A stretch of DNA of 64,000 bases. Source: Eledone cirrhosa. Its lineage: Eukaryota. Positions 11,901-25,500 of this stretch are shown piece by piece. Made by a program: the position numbers and the translations under genes. Where the stretch lies: contig OZ024757.1 of NCBI GenBank assembly GCA_964016885.1, positions 9,920,001-9,984,000 of the forward strand, given 5' to 3'. Numbering within the stretch: the stretch's first letter is position 1; every line of letters begins with the position of its first letter. The notes beneath the pieces were generated by a model that was not told the DNA's origin, did no database searches, and saw nothing but the letters and a program-made list of their open reading frames with translations.

Positions 11901-14900
11901 TAAGTTAAGTTGGGGTTAATTTAAGTTGGGGTTAAGTTAAGTTGGGGTTAAGTTAAGTTGGGGTTAAGTTAAGTTGGGGTTAATTTAAGTTGGGGTTAAG
12001 TTAAGTTGGGGTTAAGGTAAGTTGGGGTTAAGTTAAGTTGGGGTTAAGTTAAGTTGGGGTTACGTTAAGTTGGGGTTAAGTTAAGTTGGGGTTAAGTTAA
12101 GTTGGGATTAAGTCAAGTTGGTGTTAAGTCAAGTTGGGGTTAAGTCAAGTTGGGGTTAAGTCAAGTTGGGGTTAAGTCAAGTTTGGGTTAAGTTAAGTTG
12201 GGGTTAAGTTAAGTTGGGGTTAAGTTAAGTGGGGGTTAAGTTAACTTGGGGTTAAGTTAAGTTGGGGCTAATTTAAGTTGGTGTTAATTTAAGTTGGGGT
12301 TAAGTTAAGTTGGGGTTAAGTTAAGTTGGGGTTAAATTAAGCTGGGTTTAACTTAAGTAGGGGTTAAGTTAAGTTGGGTTAAGTTGGGATTAACTTAAGT
12401 TTGGGTTAAGTTAAGTTGGGGTTAAGTTAAGTTCGGATTGAGTCAAGTGTGGGGTTAAGTCAAGTTGGGGTTAAGTCAAGTTGGGTTTAAGTTAAGTTGG
12501 GGTTAAGTTAAGTTGGGGTTAAGTTAAGTTGGTGTTAAGTTAAGTTGGGGTTAAGTTAAGTTGGGGTTAAGTTAATATGGGGTTAAGTTAAGTTGGGGTT
12601 AAGTTAAGTTGGGGTTAAGTCAAGTTGGGGTTAAGTCAAGTTGGGGTTAAGTTAAGTTGGGGTTAAGTTAAGTTGGGGTTAAGTTAAGTTGGGGGTAAGT
12701 TAATTAAATCGGGGGTAATTTAAGTTGGGGGTAAGTTAAGCTGGGGTTAAGTTAAGTTGGGGTTAAGTTAAGTTGGGGTTAAGTTAAGTAGGGGTTAAGT
12801 TAAGTTGGGGTTAAGTTGGGGTTAAGTTAAGTTGGGGTTAAGTTAATTTGGGGTTAAGTTAAGTTGGGGTTAAGTTAAGTTGGGGTTAAGTTAAGTTGGG
12901 GGTAAGTTAAGTTAGGGGTAAGTTAAGTTGGGGTTAAGTTAAGTTGGGGTTAAGTTAAGTTGGGGATAAGTTAAGTTGGGGTTAATTTAAGTTGGGGTTA
13001 AGTTAAGTTGGGGTTAAGGTAAGTTGGGGCTAAGTTAAGTTGGGGTTAAATTAAGTTGGGGTTAAGTTAAGTTGGGGTTAAGTTAAGTTGGGGTTAAGTT
13101 AAGTTGGGATTAAGTCAAGTTGGGGTTAATTCAAGTTGGGGTTAAGTCAAGTTGGGGTTAAGTCAAGTTTGGGTTAAGTTAAGTTGGGGTTAAGTTAAGT
13201 TGGGGTTAAGTTAAGTTGGGGTAAGTTAAGTTGGAATTAAGTCAAGTTGGGGTTAAATCAAGTTGGGGTTAAGTCAAGTTGGGTTTAAGTTAAGTTGGGG
13301 TTCAGTTAAGTTGGGGCTAAGTTAAGTTGGGGTTAAGTTGGGGTTAAGTTAAGTTGGGGTTAAATCAAGTTGGGGTTAACTCAAGTTGGAGTTAAGTCAA
13401 GTTGGGGTTAAGTCAAGTTGGGATTAAGTCAAGTTGGGGTTAAGTCAAGTTGGGGTTAAGTTAAGTTGGGGTTAAGTTAAGTTGGGGTTAAGTTAAGTTG
13501 GGGTTAAATTAAGTTGGGGGTAAGTTAATTAAGTCGGGGGTAATTTAAGTTGGGGGTAAGTTAAGCTGGGGTTAAGTTAAGTTGGGGTTAAGTTAAGTTG
13601 GGGTTAAGTTAAGTAGGGGTTAAGTTAAGTTGGGGTTAAGTTGGGGTTAAGTTAAGTTGGGGTTAAGTTAATTTGGGGTTAAGTTAAGTTGGGGTTAAGT
13701 TAAGTTGGGGTTAAGTTAAGTTGGGGATAAGTTAAGTTGGGGTTAATTTAAGTTGGGGTTAAGTTATGTTGGGGTTAAGGTAAGTTGGGGTTAAGTTAAG
13801 TTGGGGTTAAGTTAAGTTGGGGTTACGTTAAGTTGGGGTTAAGTTAAGTTGGGGTTAAGTTAAGTTGGGATTAAGTCAAGTTGGGGGTTAAGTCAAGTTG
13901 GGGTTAAGTCAAGTTGGGGTTAAATCAAGTTTGGGTTAAGTTAAGTTGGGGTTAAGTTAAGTTGGGGTTAAGTTAATTTAGGGGTAATTTAAGTTGGGGT
14001 TAGGTTAAGTTGGGGTTAAGGTAAGTTAAGTTGGGGTTAAGTTAAGTTGGGGGTAAGTTAAGTTAGGGGTAAGTCAAGTTGGGGTTAAATCAAGTTGGGT
14101 TTAAGTTAAGTTGGGGTTCAGTTAAGTTGGGGCTAAGTTAAGTTGGGGTTAAGTTGGGGTTAAGTTAAGTTGGGGTTAAGTTAAGTTGGGGTTAAGGTAA
14201 GTTGGGGTTAAGTTAAGTTGGGGTTAAGTTAAGTTGGGGGTAAGTTAAGTTAGGGGTAAGTCAAGTTGGGGTTAAATCAAGTTGGGTTTAAGTTAAGTTG
14301 GGGTTCAGTTAAGTTGGGGCTAAGTTAAGTTGGGGTTAAGTTGGGGTTAAGTAAAGTTGGGGTTAAGTTAAGTTGGGGTTAAGTTAAGTTGGGGGTAAGT
14401 TAAGTTAGGGGTAATTTAAGTTGGGGTTAAGTTAAGTTGGGGTTAAGTTAAGTTGGGGTTAAGGTAAGTTGGGGTTAAGTTAAGTTGGGGTTAAGTTAAG
14501 TTGGGGTTAAGTTAAGTTGGGTTTAAGTTAAGTTGGGATTAAATCAAGTTGGGGTTAAGTCAAGTTGGGGTTAAGTCAAGTTGGGGTTAATTCAAGTTGG
14601 GGTTAAGTCAAGTTGGGATTAAGTCAAGTTGGGGTTAAGTCAAGTTGGGGTTAAGTTAAGTTGGGGTTAAGTTAAGTTGGGGTTAAGTTAAGTTGGGTTT
14701 AAGTTAAGTTGGGGTTAAGTTAAGTAGGGGTTAAGTTAAGTTGGGGTTAAGTTGGGGTTAAGTTAAGTTGGGGTTAAGTTAAGTTGGGTTAAGTTAAGTT
14801 GGGGTTAATTAAGTTGGGGGTAAGTTGAGTTAGGGGTAAGTTAAGTTGGGGTTAATTTAAGTTGGGGTTAAGTTAAGTTGGGGTTAAGTTAAGTTGGGGT

Positions 14901-15550
14901 TAAGTTAAGTTGGGGTTAATTTAAGTTGGGGTTAAGTTAAGTTGGGGTTAAGGTAAGTTGGGGTTAAGTTAAGTTGGGGTTAAGTTAAGTTGGGGTTACG
15001 TTAAGTTGGGGTTAAGTTAAGTTGGGGTTAAGTTAAGTTGGGATTAAGTCAAGTTGGTGTTAAGTCAAGTTGGGGTTAAGTCAAGTTGGGGTTAAGTCAA
15101 GTTTGGGTTAAGTTAAGTTGGGGTTAAGTTAAGTGGGGGTTAAGTTAACTTGGGGTTAAGTTAAGTTGGGGCTAATTTAAGTTGGTGTTAATTTAAGTTG
15201 GGGTTAAGTTAAGTTGGGGTTAAGTTAAGTTGGGGTTAAATTAAGCTGGGGTTAACTTAAGTAGGGGTTAAGTTAAGTTGGGTTAAGTTGGGATTAACTT
15301 AAATTTGGGTTAAGTTAAGTTGGGGTTAAGTTAAGTTCGGATTGAGTCAAGTGTGGGGTCAAGTCAAGTTGGGGTTAAGTCAAGTTGGGTTTAAGTTAAG
15401 TTGGGGTTAAGTTAAGTTGGGGTTAAGTTAAGTTGGTGTTAAGTTAAGTTGGGGTTAAGTTAAGTTGGTGTTAAGTTAATATGGGGTTAAGTTAAGTTGG
15501 GGTTAAGTTAAGTTGGGGTTAAGTCAAGTTGGGGTTAAGTCAAGTTGGGG
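5910..15550 (+). repeat. Tandem duplication of a ~4.83-kb block (~5910-10735 and ~10735-15550)
   Basis: TTGGGGTTTAG is at 6021 and 10850, and the CGGATTGAG marker at 7605 and 12434 (both offset 4829). The next markers at 10536 and 15338 are offset 4802; the 27-bp difference is explained by an 11-bp deletion (~14025) and a 16-bp deletion (~15100) in the second copy. Confidence 0.85.
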
Positions 15551-18500
15551 TTAAGTTAAGTTGGGGTTAAGTTAAGTTGGGGTTAAGTTAAGTTGGGGGT
15601 AAGTTAATTAAGTCGGGGGTAATTTAAGTTGGGGGTAAGTTAAGCTGGGGTTAAGTTAAATTGGGGTTAAGTTAAGTTGGGGTTAAGTTAAGTAGGGGTT
15701 AAGTTAAGTTGGGGTTAAGTTGGGGTTAAGTTAAGTTGGGGTTAAGTTAATTTGGGGTTAAGTTAAGTTGGGGTTAAGTTGGGGTTAAGTTAAGTTGGGG
15801 TTAAGTTGGGGTTAAGTTAAGTTGGGGTTAAGTTAAGTAGGGGTTAAGTTAAGTTGGGGTTAAGTTGGGGTTAAGTTAAGTTGGGGTTAAGTTAATTTGG
15901 GGTTAAGTTAAGTTGGGGTTAAGTTAAGTTGGGGTTAAGTTAAGTTGGGGGTAAGTTAAGTTAGGGGTAAGTTAAGTTGGGGTTAAGTTAAGTTGGGGTT
16001 AAGTTAAGTTGGGGATAAGTTAAGTTGGGGTTAATTTAAGTTGGGGTTAAGTTAAGTTGGGGTTAAGGTAAGTTGGGGCTAAGTTAAGTTGGGGTTAAAT
16101 TAAGTTGGGGTTAAGTTAAGTTGGGGTTAAGTTAAGTTGGGGTTAAGTTAAGTTGGGATTAAGTCAAGTTGGGGTTAATTCAAGTTGGGGTTAAGTCAAG
16201 TTGGGGTTAAGTCAAGTTTGGGTTAAGTTAAGTTGGGGTTAAGTTAAGTTGGGGTTAAGTTAAGTTGGGGTAAGTTAAGTTGGAATTAAGTCAAGTTGGG
16301 GTTAAATCAAGTTGGGGTTAAGTCAAGTTGGGTTTAAGTTAAGTTGGGGTTCAGTTAAGTTGGGGCTAAGTTAAGTTGGGGTTAAGTTGGGGTTAAGTTA
16401 AGTTGGGGTTAAATCAAGTTGGGGTTAACTCAAGTTGGAGTTAAGTCAAGTTGGGGTTAAGTCAAGTTGGGATTAAGTCAAGTTGGGGTTAAGTCAAGTT
16501 GGGGTTAAGTTAAGTTGGGGTTAAGTTAAGTTGGGGTTAAGTTAAGTTGGGGTTAAATTAAGTTGGGGGTAAGTTAATTAAGTCGGGGGTAATTTAAGTT
16601 GGGGGTAAGTTAAGCTGGAGTTAAGTTAAGTTGGGGTTAAGTTAAGTTGGGGTTAAGTTAAGTAGGGGTTAAGTTAAGTTGGGGTTAAGTTGGGGTTAAG
16701 TTAAGTTGGGGTTAAGTTAATTTGGGGTTAAGTTAAGTTGGGGTTAAGTTAAGTTGGGGTTAAGTTAAGTTGGGGATAAGTTAAGTTGGGGTTAATTTAA
16801 GTTGGGGTTAAGTTATGTTGGGGTTAAGGTAAGTTGGGGTTAAGTTAAGTTGGGGTTAAGTTAAGTTGGGGTTACGTTAAGTTGGGGTTAAGTTAAGTTG
16901 GGGTTAAGTTAAGTTGGGATTAAGTCAAGTTGGGGGTTAAGTCAAGTTGGGGTTAAGTCAAGTTGGGGTTAAATCAAGTTTGGGTTAAGTTAAGTTGGGG
17001 TTAAGTTAAGTTGGGGTTAAGTTAATTTAGGGGTAATTTAAGTTGGGGTTAGGTTAAGTTGGGGTTAAGGTAAGTTGGGGTTAAGTTAAGTTGGGGTTAA
17101 GTTAAGTTGGGGGTAAGTTAAGTTAGGGGTAAGTCAAGTTGGGGTTAAATCAAGTTGGGTTTAAGTTAAGTTGGGGTTCAGTTAAGTTGGGGCTAAGTTA
17201 AGTTGGGGTTAAGTTGGGGTTAAGTTAAGTTGGGGTTAAGTTAAGTTGGGGTTAAGGTAAGTTGGGGTTAAGTTAAGTTGGGGTTAAGTTAAGTTGGGGG
17301 TAAGTTAAGTTAGGGGTAAGTCAAGTTGGGGTTAAATCAAGTTGGGTTTAAGTTAAGTTGGGGTTCAGTTAAGTTGGGGCTAAGTTAAGTTGGGGTTAAG
17401 TTGGGGTTAAGTAAAGTTGGGGTTAAGTTAAGTTGGGGTTAAGTTAAGTTGGGGGTAAGTTAAGTTAGGGGTAATTTAAGTTGGGGTTAAGTTAAGTTGG
17501 GGTTAAGTTAAGTTGGGGTTAAGGTAAGTTGGGGTTAAGTTAAGTTGGGGTTAAGTTAAGTTGGGGTTAAGTTAAGTTGGGTTTAAGTTAAGTTGGGATT
17601 AAATCAAGTTGGGGTTAAGTCAAGTTGGGGTTAAGTCAAGTTGGGGTTAATTCAAGTTGGGGTTAAGTCAAGTTGGGATTAAGTCAAGTTGGGGTTAAGT
17701 CAAGTTGGGGTTAAGTTAAGTTGGGGTTAAGTTAAGTTGGGGTTAAGTTAAGTTGGGTTTAAGTTAAGTTGGGGTTAAGTTAAGTAGGGGTTAAGTTAAG
17801 TTGGGGTTAAGTTGGGGTTAAGTTAAGTTGGGGTTAAGTTAAGTTGGGTTAAGTTAAGTTGGGGTTAATTAAGTTGGGGGTAAGTTAAGTTAGGGGTAAG
17901 TTAAGTTGGGGTTAATTTAAGTTGGGGTTAAGTTAAGTTGGGGTTAAGTTAAGTTGGGGTTAAGTTAAGTTGGGGTTAATTTAAGTTGGGGTTAAGTTAA
18001 GTTGGGGTTAAGGTAAGTTGGGGTTAAGTTAAGTTGGGGTTAAGTTAAGTTGGGGTTACGTTAAGTTGGGGTTAAGTTAAGTTGGGGTTAAGTTAAGTTG
18101 GGATTAAGTCAAGTTGGTGTTAAGTCAAGTTGGGGTTAAGTCAAGTTGGGGTTAAGTCAAGTTGGGGTTAAGTCAAGTTTGGGTTAAGTTAAGTTGGGGT
18201 TAAGTTAAGTGGGGGTTAAGTTAACTTGGGGTTAAGTTAAGTTGGGGCTAATTTAAGTTGGTGTTAATTTAAGTTGGGGTTAAGTTAAGTTGGGGTTAAG
18301 TTAAGTTGGGGTTAAATTAAGCTGGGGTTAACTTAAGTAGGGGTTAAGTTAAGTTGGGTTAAGTTGGGATTAACTTAAATTTGGGTTAAGTTAAGTTGGG
18401 GTTAAGTTAAGTTCGGATTGAGTCAAGTGTGGGGTCAAGTCAAGTTGGGGTTAAGTCAAGTTGGGTTTAAGTTAAGTTGGGGTTAAGTTAAGTTGGGGTT

Positions 18501-18900
18501 AAGTTAAGTTGGTGTTAAGTTAAGTTGGGGTTAAGTTAAGTTGGGGTTAAGTTAATATGGGGTTAAGTTAAGTTGGGGTTAAGTTAAGTTGGGGTTAAGT
18601 CAAGTTGGGGTTAAGTCAAGTTGGGGTTAAGTTAAGTTGGGGTTAAGTTAAGTTGGGGTTAAGTTAAGTTGGGGGTAAGTTAATTAAGTCGGGGGTAATT
18701 TAAGTTGGGGGTAAGTTAAGCTGGGGTTAAGTTAAATTGGGGTTAAGTTAAGTTGGGGTTAAGTTAAGTAGGGGTTAAGTTAAGTTGGGGTTAAGTTGGG
18801 GTTAAGTTAAGTTGGGGTTAAGTTAATTTGGGGTTAAGTTAAGTTGGGGTTAAGTTGGGGTTAAGTTAAGTTGGGGTTAAGTTGGGGTTAAGTTAAGTTG
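12780..18900 (+). repeat. Tandem duplication of a ~3.05-3.08-kb block
   Basis: The A of the CTCAAGTTGGAG variant is at 13390 and 16439 (offset 3049). B-type markers are at 15338 and 18414 (offset 3076 = 3049 + 27). Confidence 0.8.
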
Positions 18901-21900
18901 GGGTTAAGTTAAGTTGGGGTTAAGTTAAGTTGGGGGTAAGTTAAGTTAGGGGTAATTTAAGTTGGGGTTAAGTTAAGTTGGGGTTAAGTTAAGTTGGGGT
19001 TAAGGTAAGTTGGGGTTAAGTTAAGTTGGGGTTAAGTTAAGTTGGGGTTAAGTTAAGTTGGGTTTAAGTTAAGTTGGGATTAAATCAAGTTGGGGTTAAG
19101 TCAAGTTGGGGTTAAGTCAAGTTGGGGTTAATTCAAGTTGGGGTTAAGTCAAGTTGGGATTAAGTCAAGTTGGGGTTAAGTCAAGTTGGGGTTAAGTTAA
19201 GTTGGGGTTAAGTTAAGTTGGGGTTAAGTTAAGTTGGGTTTAAGTTAAGTTGGGGTTAAGTTAAGTAGGGGTTAAGTTAAGTTGGGGTTAAGTTGGGGTT
19301 AAGTTAAGTTGGGGTTAAGTTGGGTTAAGTTAAGTTGGGGTTAATTAAGTTGGGGGTAAGTTAAGTTAGGGGTAAGTTAAGTTGGGGTTAATTTAAGTTG
19401 GGGTTAAGTTAAGTTGGGGTTAAGTTAAGTTGGGGTTAAGTTAAGTTGGGGTTAATTTAAGTTGGGGTTAAGTTAAGTTGGGGTTAAGGTAAGTTGGGGT
19501 TAAGTTAAGTTGGGGTTAAGTTAAGTTGGGGTTACGTTAAGTTGGGGTTAAGTTAAGTTGGGGTTAAGTTAAGTTGGGATTAAGTCAAGTTGGTGTTAAG
19601 TCAAGTTGGGGTTAAGTCAAGTTGGGGTTAAGTCAAGTTGGGGTTAAGTCAAGTTTGGGTTAAGTTAAGTTGGGGTTAAGTTAAGCGGGGGTTATGTTAA
19701 CTTGGGGTTAAGTTAAGTTGGGGCTAATTTAAGTTGGTGTTAATTTAAGTTGGGGTTAAGTTAAGTTGGGGTTAAGTTAAGTTGGGGTTAAATTAAGCTG
19801 GGGTTAACTTAAGTAGGGGTTAAGTTAAGTTGGGTTAAGTTGGGATTAACTTAAGTTTGGGTTAAGTTAAGTTGGGGTTAAGTTAAGTTCGGATTGAGTC
19901 AAGTGTGGGGTTAAGTCAAGTTGGGGTTAAGTGAAGTTGGGTTTAAGTTAAGTTGGGGTTAAGTTAAGTTGGGGTTAAGTTAAGTTGGTGTTAAGTTAAG
20001 TTGGGGTTAAGTTAAGTTGGGGTTAAGTTAATATGGGGTTAAGTTAAGTTGGGGTTAAGTTAAGTTGGGGTTAAGTCAAGTTGGGGTTAAGTCAAGTTGG
20101 GGTTAAGTTAAGTTGGGGTTAAGTTAAGTTGGGGTTAAGTTAAGTTGGGGGTAAGTTAATTAAGTCGGGGGTAATTTAAGTTGGGGGTAAGTTAAGCTGG
20201 GGTTAAGTTAAATTGGGGTTAAGTTAAGTTGGGGTTAAGTTAAGTAGGGGTTAAGTTAAGTTGGGGTTAAGTTGGGGTTAAGTTAAGTTGGGGTTAAGTT
20301 AATTTGGGGTTAAGTTAAGTTGGGGTTAAGTTAAGTTGGGGTTAAGTTAAGTTGGGGGTAAGTTAAGTTAGGGGTAAGTTAAGTTGGGGTTAAGTTAAGT
20401 TGGGGTTAAGTTAAGTTGGGGATAAGTTAAGTTGGGGTTAATTTAAGTTGGGGTTAAGTTAAGTTGGGGTTAAGGTAAGTTGGGGTTAAGTTAAGTTGGG
20501 GTTAAGTTAAGTTGGGGTTACGTTAAGTTGGGGTTAAGTTAAGTTGGGGTTAAGTTAAGTTGGGATTAAGTCAAGTTGGGGTTAAGTCAAGTTGGGGTTA
20601 AGTCAAGTTGGGGTTAAGTTAAGTTGGGGTTAAGTTAAGTTGGGGTTAAGTTAAGTTGGGGGTAAGTTAATTAAGTCGGGGGTAATTTAAGTTGGGGGTA
20701 AGTTAAGCTGGGGTTAAGTTAAATTGGGGTTAAGTTAAGTTGGGGTTAAGTTAAGTAGGGGTTAAGTTAAGTTGGGGTTAAGTTGGGGTTAAGTTAAGTT
20801 GGGGTTAAGTTAATTTGGGGTTAAGTTAAGTTGGGGTTAAGTTGGGGTTAAGTTAAGTTGGGGTTAAGTTGGGGTTAAGTTAAGTTGGGGTTAAGTTAAG
20901 TTGGGGTTAAGTTAAGTTGGGGGTAAGTTAAGTTAGGGGTAATTTAAGTTGGGGTTAAGTTAAGTTGGGGTTAAGTTAAGTTGGGGTTAAGGTAAGTTGG
21001 GGTTAAGTTAAGTTGGGGTTAAGTTAAGTTGGGGTTAAGTTAAGTTGGGTTTAAGTTAAGTTGGGATTAAATCAAGTTGGGGTTAAGTCAAGTTGGGGTT
21101 AAGTCAAGTTGGGGTTAATTCAAGTTGGGGTTAAGTCAAGTTGGGATTAAGTCAAGTTGGGGTTAAGTCAAGTTGGGGTTAAGTTAAGTTGGGGTTAAGT
21201 TAAGTTGGGGTTAAGTTAAGTTGGGTTTAAGTTAAGTTGGGGTTAAGTTAAGTAGGGGTTAAGTTAAGTTGGGGTTAAGTTGGGGTTAAGTTAAGTTGGG
21301 GTTAAGTTGGGTTAAGTTAAGTTGGGGTTAATTAAGTTGGGGGTAAGTTAAGTTAGGGGTAAGTTAAGTTGGGGTTAATTTAAGTTGGGGTTAAGTTAAG
21401 TTGGGGTTAAGTTAAGTTGGGGTTAAGTTAAGTTGGGGTTAATTTAAGTTGGGGTTAAGTTAAGTTGGGGTTAAGGTAAGTTGGGGTTAAGTTAAGTTGG
21501 GGTTAAGTTAAGTTGGGGTTACGTTAAGTTGGGGTTAAGTTAAGTTGGGGTTAAGTTAAGTTGGGATTAAGTCAAGTTGGTGTTAAGTCAAGTTGGGGTT
21601 AAGTCAAGTTGGGGTTAAGTCAAGTTGGGGTTAAGTCAAGTTTGGGTTAAGTTAAGTTGGGGTTAAGTTAAGCGGGGGTTATGTTAACTTGGGGTTAAGT
21701 TAAGTTGGGGCTAATTTAAGTTGGTGTTAATTTAAGTTGGGGTTAAGTTAAGTTGGGGTTAAGTTAAGTTGGGGTTAAATTAAGCTGGGGTTAACTTAAG
21801 TAGGGGTTAAGTTAAGTTGGGTTAAGTTGGGATTAACTTAAGTTTGGGTTAAGTTAAGTTGGGGTTAAGTTAAGTTCGGATTGAGTCAAGTGTGGGGTTA

Positions 21901-22590
21901 AGTCAAGTTGGGGTTAAGTGAAGTTGGGTTTAAGTTAAGTTGGGGTTAAGTTAAGTTGGGGTTAAGTTAAGTTGGTGTTAAGTTAAGTTGGGGTTAAGTT
22001 AAGTTGGGGTTAAGTTAATATGGGGTTAAGTTAAGTTGGGGTTAAGTTAAGTTGGGGTTAAGTCAAGTTGGGGTTAAGTCAAGTTGGGGTTAAGTTAAGT
22101 TGGGGTTAAGTTAAGTTGGGGTTAAGTTAAGTTGGGGGTAAGTTAATTAAGTCGGGGGTAATTTAAGTTGGGGGTAAGTTAAGCTGGGGTTAAGTTAAAT
22201 TGGGGTTAAGTTAAGTTGGGGTTAAGTTAAGTAGGGGTTAAGTTAAGTTGGGGTTAAGTTGGGGTTAAGTTAAGTTGGGGTTAAGTTAATTTGGGGTTAA
22301 GTTAAGTTGGGGTTAAGTTAAGTTGGGGTTAAGTTAAGTTGGGGGTAAGTTAAGTTAGGGGTAAGTTAAGTTGGGGTTAAGTTAAGTTGGGGTTAAGTTA
22401 AGTTGGGGATAAGTTAAGTTGGGGTTAATTTAAGTTGGGGTTAAGTTAAGTTGGGGTTAAGGTAAGTTGGGGTTAAGTTAAGTTGGGGTTAAGTTAAGTT
22501 GGGGTTACGTTAAGTTGGGGTTAAGTTAAGTTGGGGTTAAGTTAAGTTGGGATTAAGTCAAGTTGGGGTTAAGTCAAGTTGGGGTTAAGT
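18600..22590 (+). repeat. Tandem duplication of a 1987-bp block carrying the C-type cassette
   Basis: C-type markers (GCGGGGGTTATGTTAAC upstream, GTGAAG downstream) are at 19890 and 21877, with the same flanking variant order. Confidence 0.8.
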
Positions 22591-25500
22591 CAAGTTGGGA
22601 TTAAGTCAAGTTGGGGTTAAGTCAAGTTGGGGTTAAGTTAAGTTGGGGTTAATTTAAGTTGGGGTTAAGTTAAGTTGGGGTTAAATTAAGTTGGGGGTAA
22701 GTTAATTAAGTCGGGGGTAATTTAAGTTGGGGGTAAGTTAAGCTGGGGTTAAGTTAAGTTGGGGTTAAGTTAAGTTGGGGTTAAGTTAAGTAGGGGTTAA
22801 GTTAAGTTGGGGTTAAGTTGGGGTTAAGTTAAGTTGGGGTTAAGTTAATTTGGGGTTAAGTTAAGTTGGGGTTAAGTTAAGTTGGGGTTAAGTTAAGTTG
22901 GGGATAAGTTAAGTTGGGGTTAATTTAAGTTGGGGTTAAGTTATGTTGGGGTTAAGGTAAGTTGGGGTTAAGTTAAGTTGGGGTTAAGTTAATTTAGGGG
23001 TAATTTAAGTTGGGGTTAGGTTAAGTTGGGGTTAAGGTAAGTTGGGGTTAAGTTAAGTTGGGGTTAAGTTAAGTTGGGGGTAAGTTAAGTTAGGGGTAAG
23101 TCAAGTTGGGGTTAAATCAAGTTGGGTTTAAGTTAAGTTGGGGTTCAGTTAAGTTGGGGCTAAGTTAAGTTGGGGTTAAGTTGGGGTTAAGTTAAGTTGG
23201 GGTTAAGTTAAGTTGGGGTTAAGGTAAGTTGGGGTTAAGTTAAGTTGGGGTTAAGTTAAGTTGGGGGTAAGTTAAGTTAGGGGTAAGTCAAGTTGGGGTT
23301 AAATCAAGTTGGGTTTAAGTTAAGTTGGGGTTCAGTTAAGTTGGGGCTAAGTTAAGTTGGGGTTAAGTTGGGGTTAAGTAAAGTTGGGGTTAAGTTAAGT
23401 TGGGGTTAAGTTAAGTTGGGGGTAAGTTAAGTTAGGGGTAATTTAAGTTGGGGTTAAGTTAAGTTGGGGTTAAGTTAAGTTGGGGTTAAGGTAAGTTGGG
23501 GTTAAGTTAAGTTGGGGTTAAGTTAAGTTGGGGTTAAGTTAAGTTGGGTTTAAGTTAAGTTGGGATTAAATCAAGTTGGGGTTAAGTCAAGTTGGGGTTA
23601 AGTCAAGTTGGGGTTAATTCAAGTTGGGGTTAAGTCAAGTTGGGATTAAATCAAGTTGGGGTTAAGTCAAGTTGGGGTTAAGTTAAGTTGGGGTTAAGTT
23701 AAGTTGGGGTTAAGTTAAGTTGGGTTTAAGTTAAGTTGGGGTTAAGTTAAGTAGGGGTTAAGTTAAGTTGGGGTTAAGTTGGGGTTAAGTTAAGTTGGGG
23801 TTAAGTTAAGTTGGGTTAAGTTAAGTTGGGGTTAATTAAGTTGGGGGTAAGTTAAGTTAGGGGTAAGTTAAGTTGGGGTTAATTTAAGTTGGGGTTAAGT
23901 TAAGTTGGGGTTAAGTTAAGTTGGGGTTAAGTTAAGTTGGGGTTAATTTAAGTTGGGGTTAAGTTAAGTTGGGGTTAAGGTAAGTTGGGGTTAAGTTAAG
24001 TTGGGGTTAAGTTAAGTTGGGGTTACGTTAAGTTGGGGTTAAGTTAAGTTGGGGTTAAGTTAAGTTGGGATTAAGTCAAGTTGGTGTTAAGTCAAGTTGG
24101 GGTTAAGTCAAGTTGGGGTTAAGTCAAGTTGGGGTTAAGTCAAGTTTGGGTTAAGTTAAGTTGGGGTTAAGTTAAGTGGGGGTTAAGTTAACTTGGGGTT
24201 AAGTTAAGTTGGGGCTAATTTAAGTTGGTGTTAATTTAAGTTGGGGTTAAGTTAAGTTGGGGTTAAGTTAAGTTGGGGTTAAATTAAGCTGGGGTTAACT
24301 TAAGTAGGGGTTAAGTTAAGTTGGGTTAAGTTGGGATTAACTTAAGTTTGGGTTAAGTTAAGTTGGGGTTAAGTTAAGTTCGGATTGAGTCAAGTGTGGG
24401 GTTAAGTCAAGTTGGGGTTAAGTCAAGTTGGGTTTAAGTTAAGTTGGGGTTAAGTTAAGTTGGGGTTAAGTTAAGTTGGTGTTAAGTTGAGTTGGGGTTA
24501 AGTTAAGTTGGGGTTAAGTTAATATGGGGTTAAGTTAAGTTGGGGTTAAGTTAAGTTGGGGTTAAGTCAAGTTGGGGTTAAGTCAAGTTGGGGTTAAGTT
24601 AAGTTGGGGTTAAGTTAAGTTGGGGTTAAGTTAAGTTGGGGGTAAGTTAATTAAGTCGGGGGTAATTTAAGTTGGGGGTAAGTTAAGCTGGGGTTAAGTT
24701 AAATTGGGGTTAAGTTAAGTTGGGGTTAAGTTAAGTAGGGGTTAAGTTAAGTTGGGGTTAAGTTGGGGTTAAGTTAAGTTGGGGTTAAGTTAATTTGGGG
24801 TTAAGTTAAGTTGGGGTTAAGTTAAGTTGGGGTTAAGTTAAGTTGGGGTTAAGTTAAGTTGGGGGTAAGTTAAGTTAGGGGTAATTTAAGTTGGGGTTAA
24901 GTTAAGTTGGGGTTAAGTTAAGTTGGGGTTAAGGTAAGTTGGGGTTAAGTTAAGTTGGGGTTAAGTTAAGTTGGGGTTAAGTTAAGTTGGGTTTAAGTTA
25001 AGTTGGGATTAAATCAAGTTGGGGTTAAGTCAAGTTGGGGTTAAGTCAAGTTGGGGTTAATTCAAGTTGGGGTTAAGTCAAGTTGGGATTAAGTCAAGTT
25101 GGGGTTAAGTCAAGTTGGGGTTAAGTTAAGTTGGGGTTAAGTTAAGTTGGGGTTAAGTTAAGTTGGGTTTAAGTTAAGTTGGGGTTAAGTTAAGTAGGGG
25201 TTAAGTTAAGTTGGGATTAAGTTGGGGTTAAGTTAAGTTGGGGTTAAGTTAAGTTGGGTTAAGTTAAGTTGGGGTTAATTAAGTTGGGGGTAAGTTAAGT
25301 TAGGGGTAAGTTAAGTTGGGGTTAATTTAAGTTGGGGTTAAGTTAAGTTGGGGTTAAGTTAAGTTGGGGTTAAGTTAAGTTGGGGTTAATTTAAGTTGGG
25401 GTTAAGTTAAGTTGGGGTTAAGGTAAGTTGGGGTTAAGTTAAGTTGGGGTTAAGTTAAGTTGGGGTTACGTTAAGTTGGGGTTAAGTTAAGTTGGGGTTA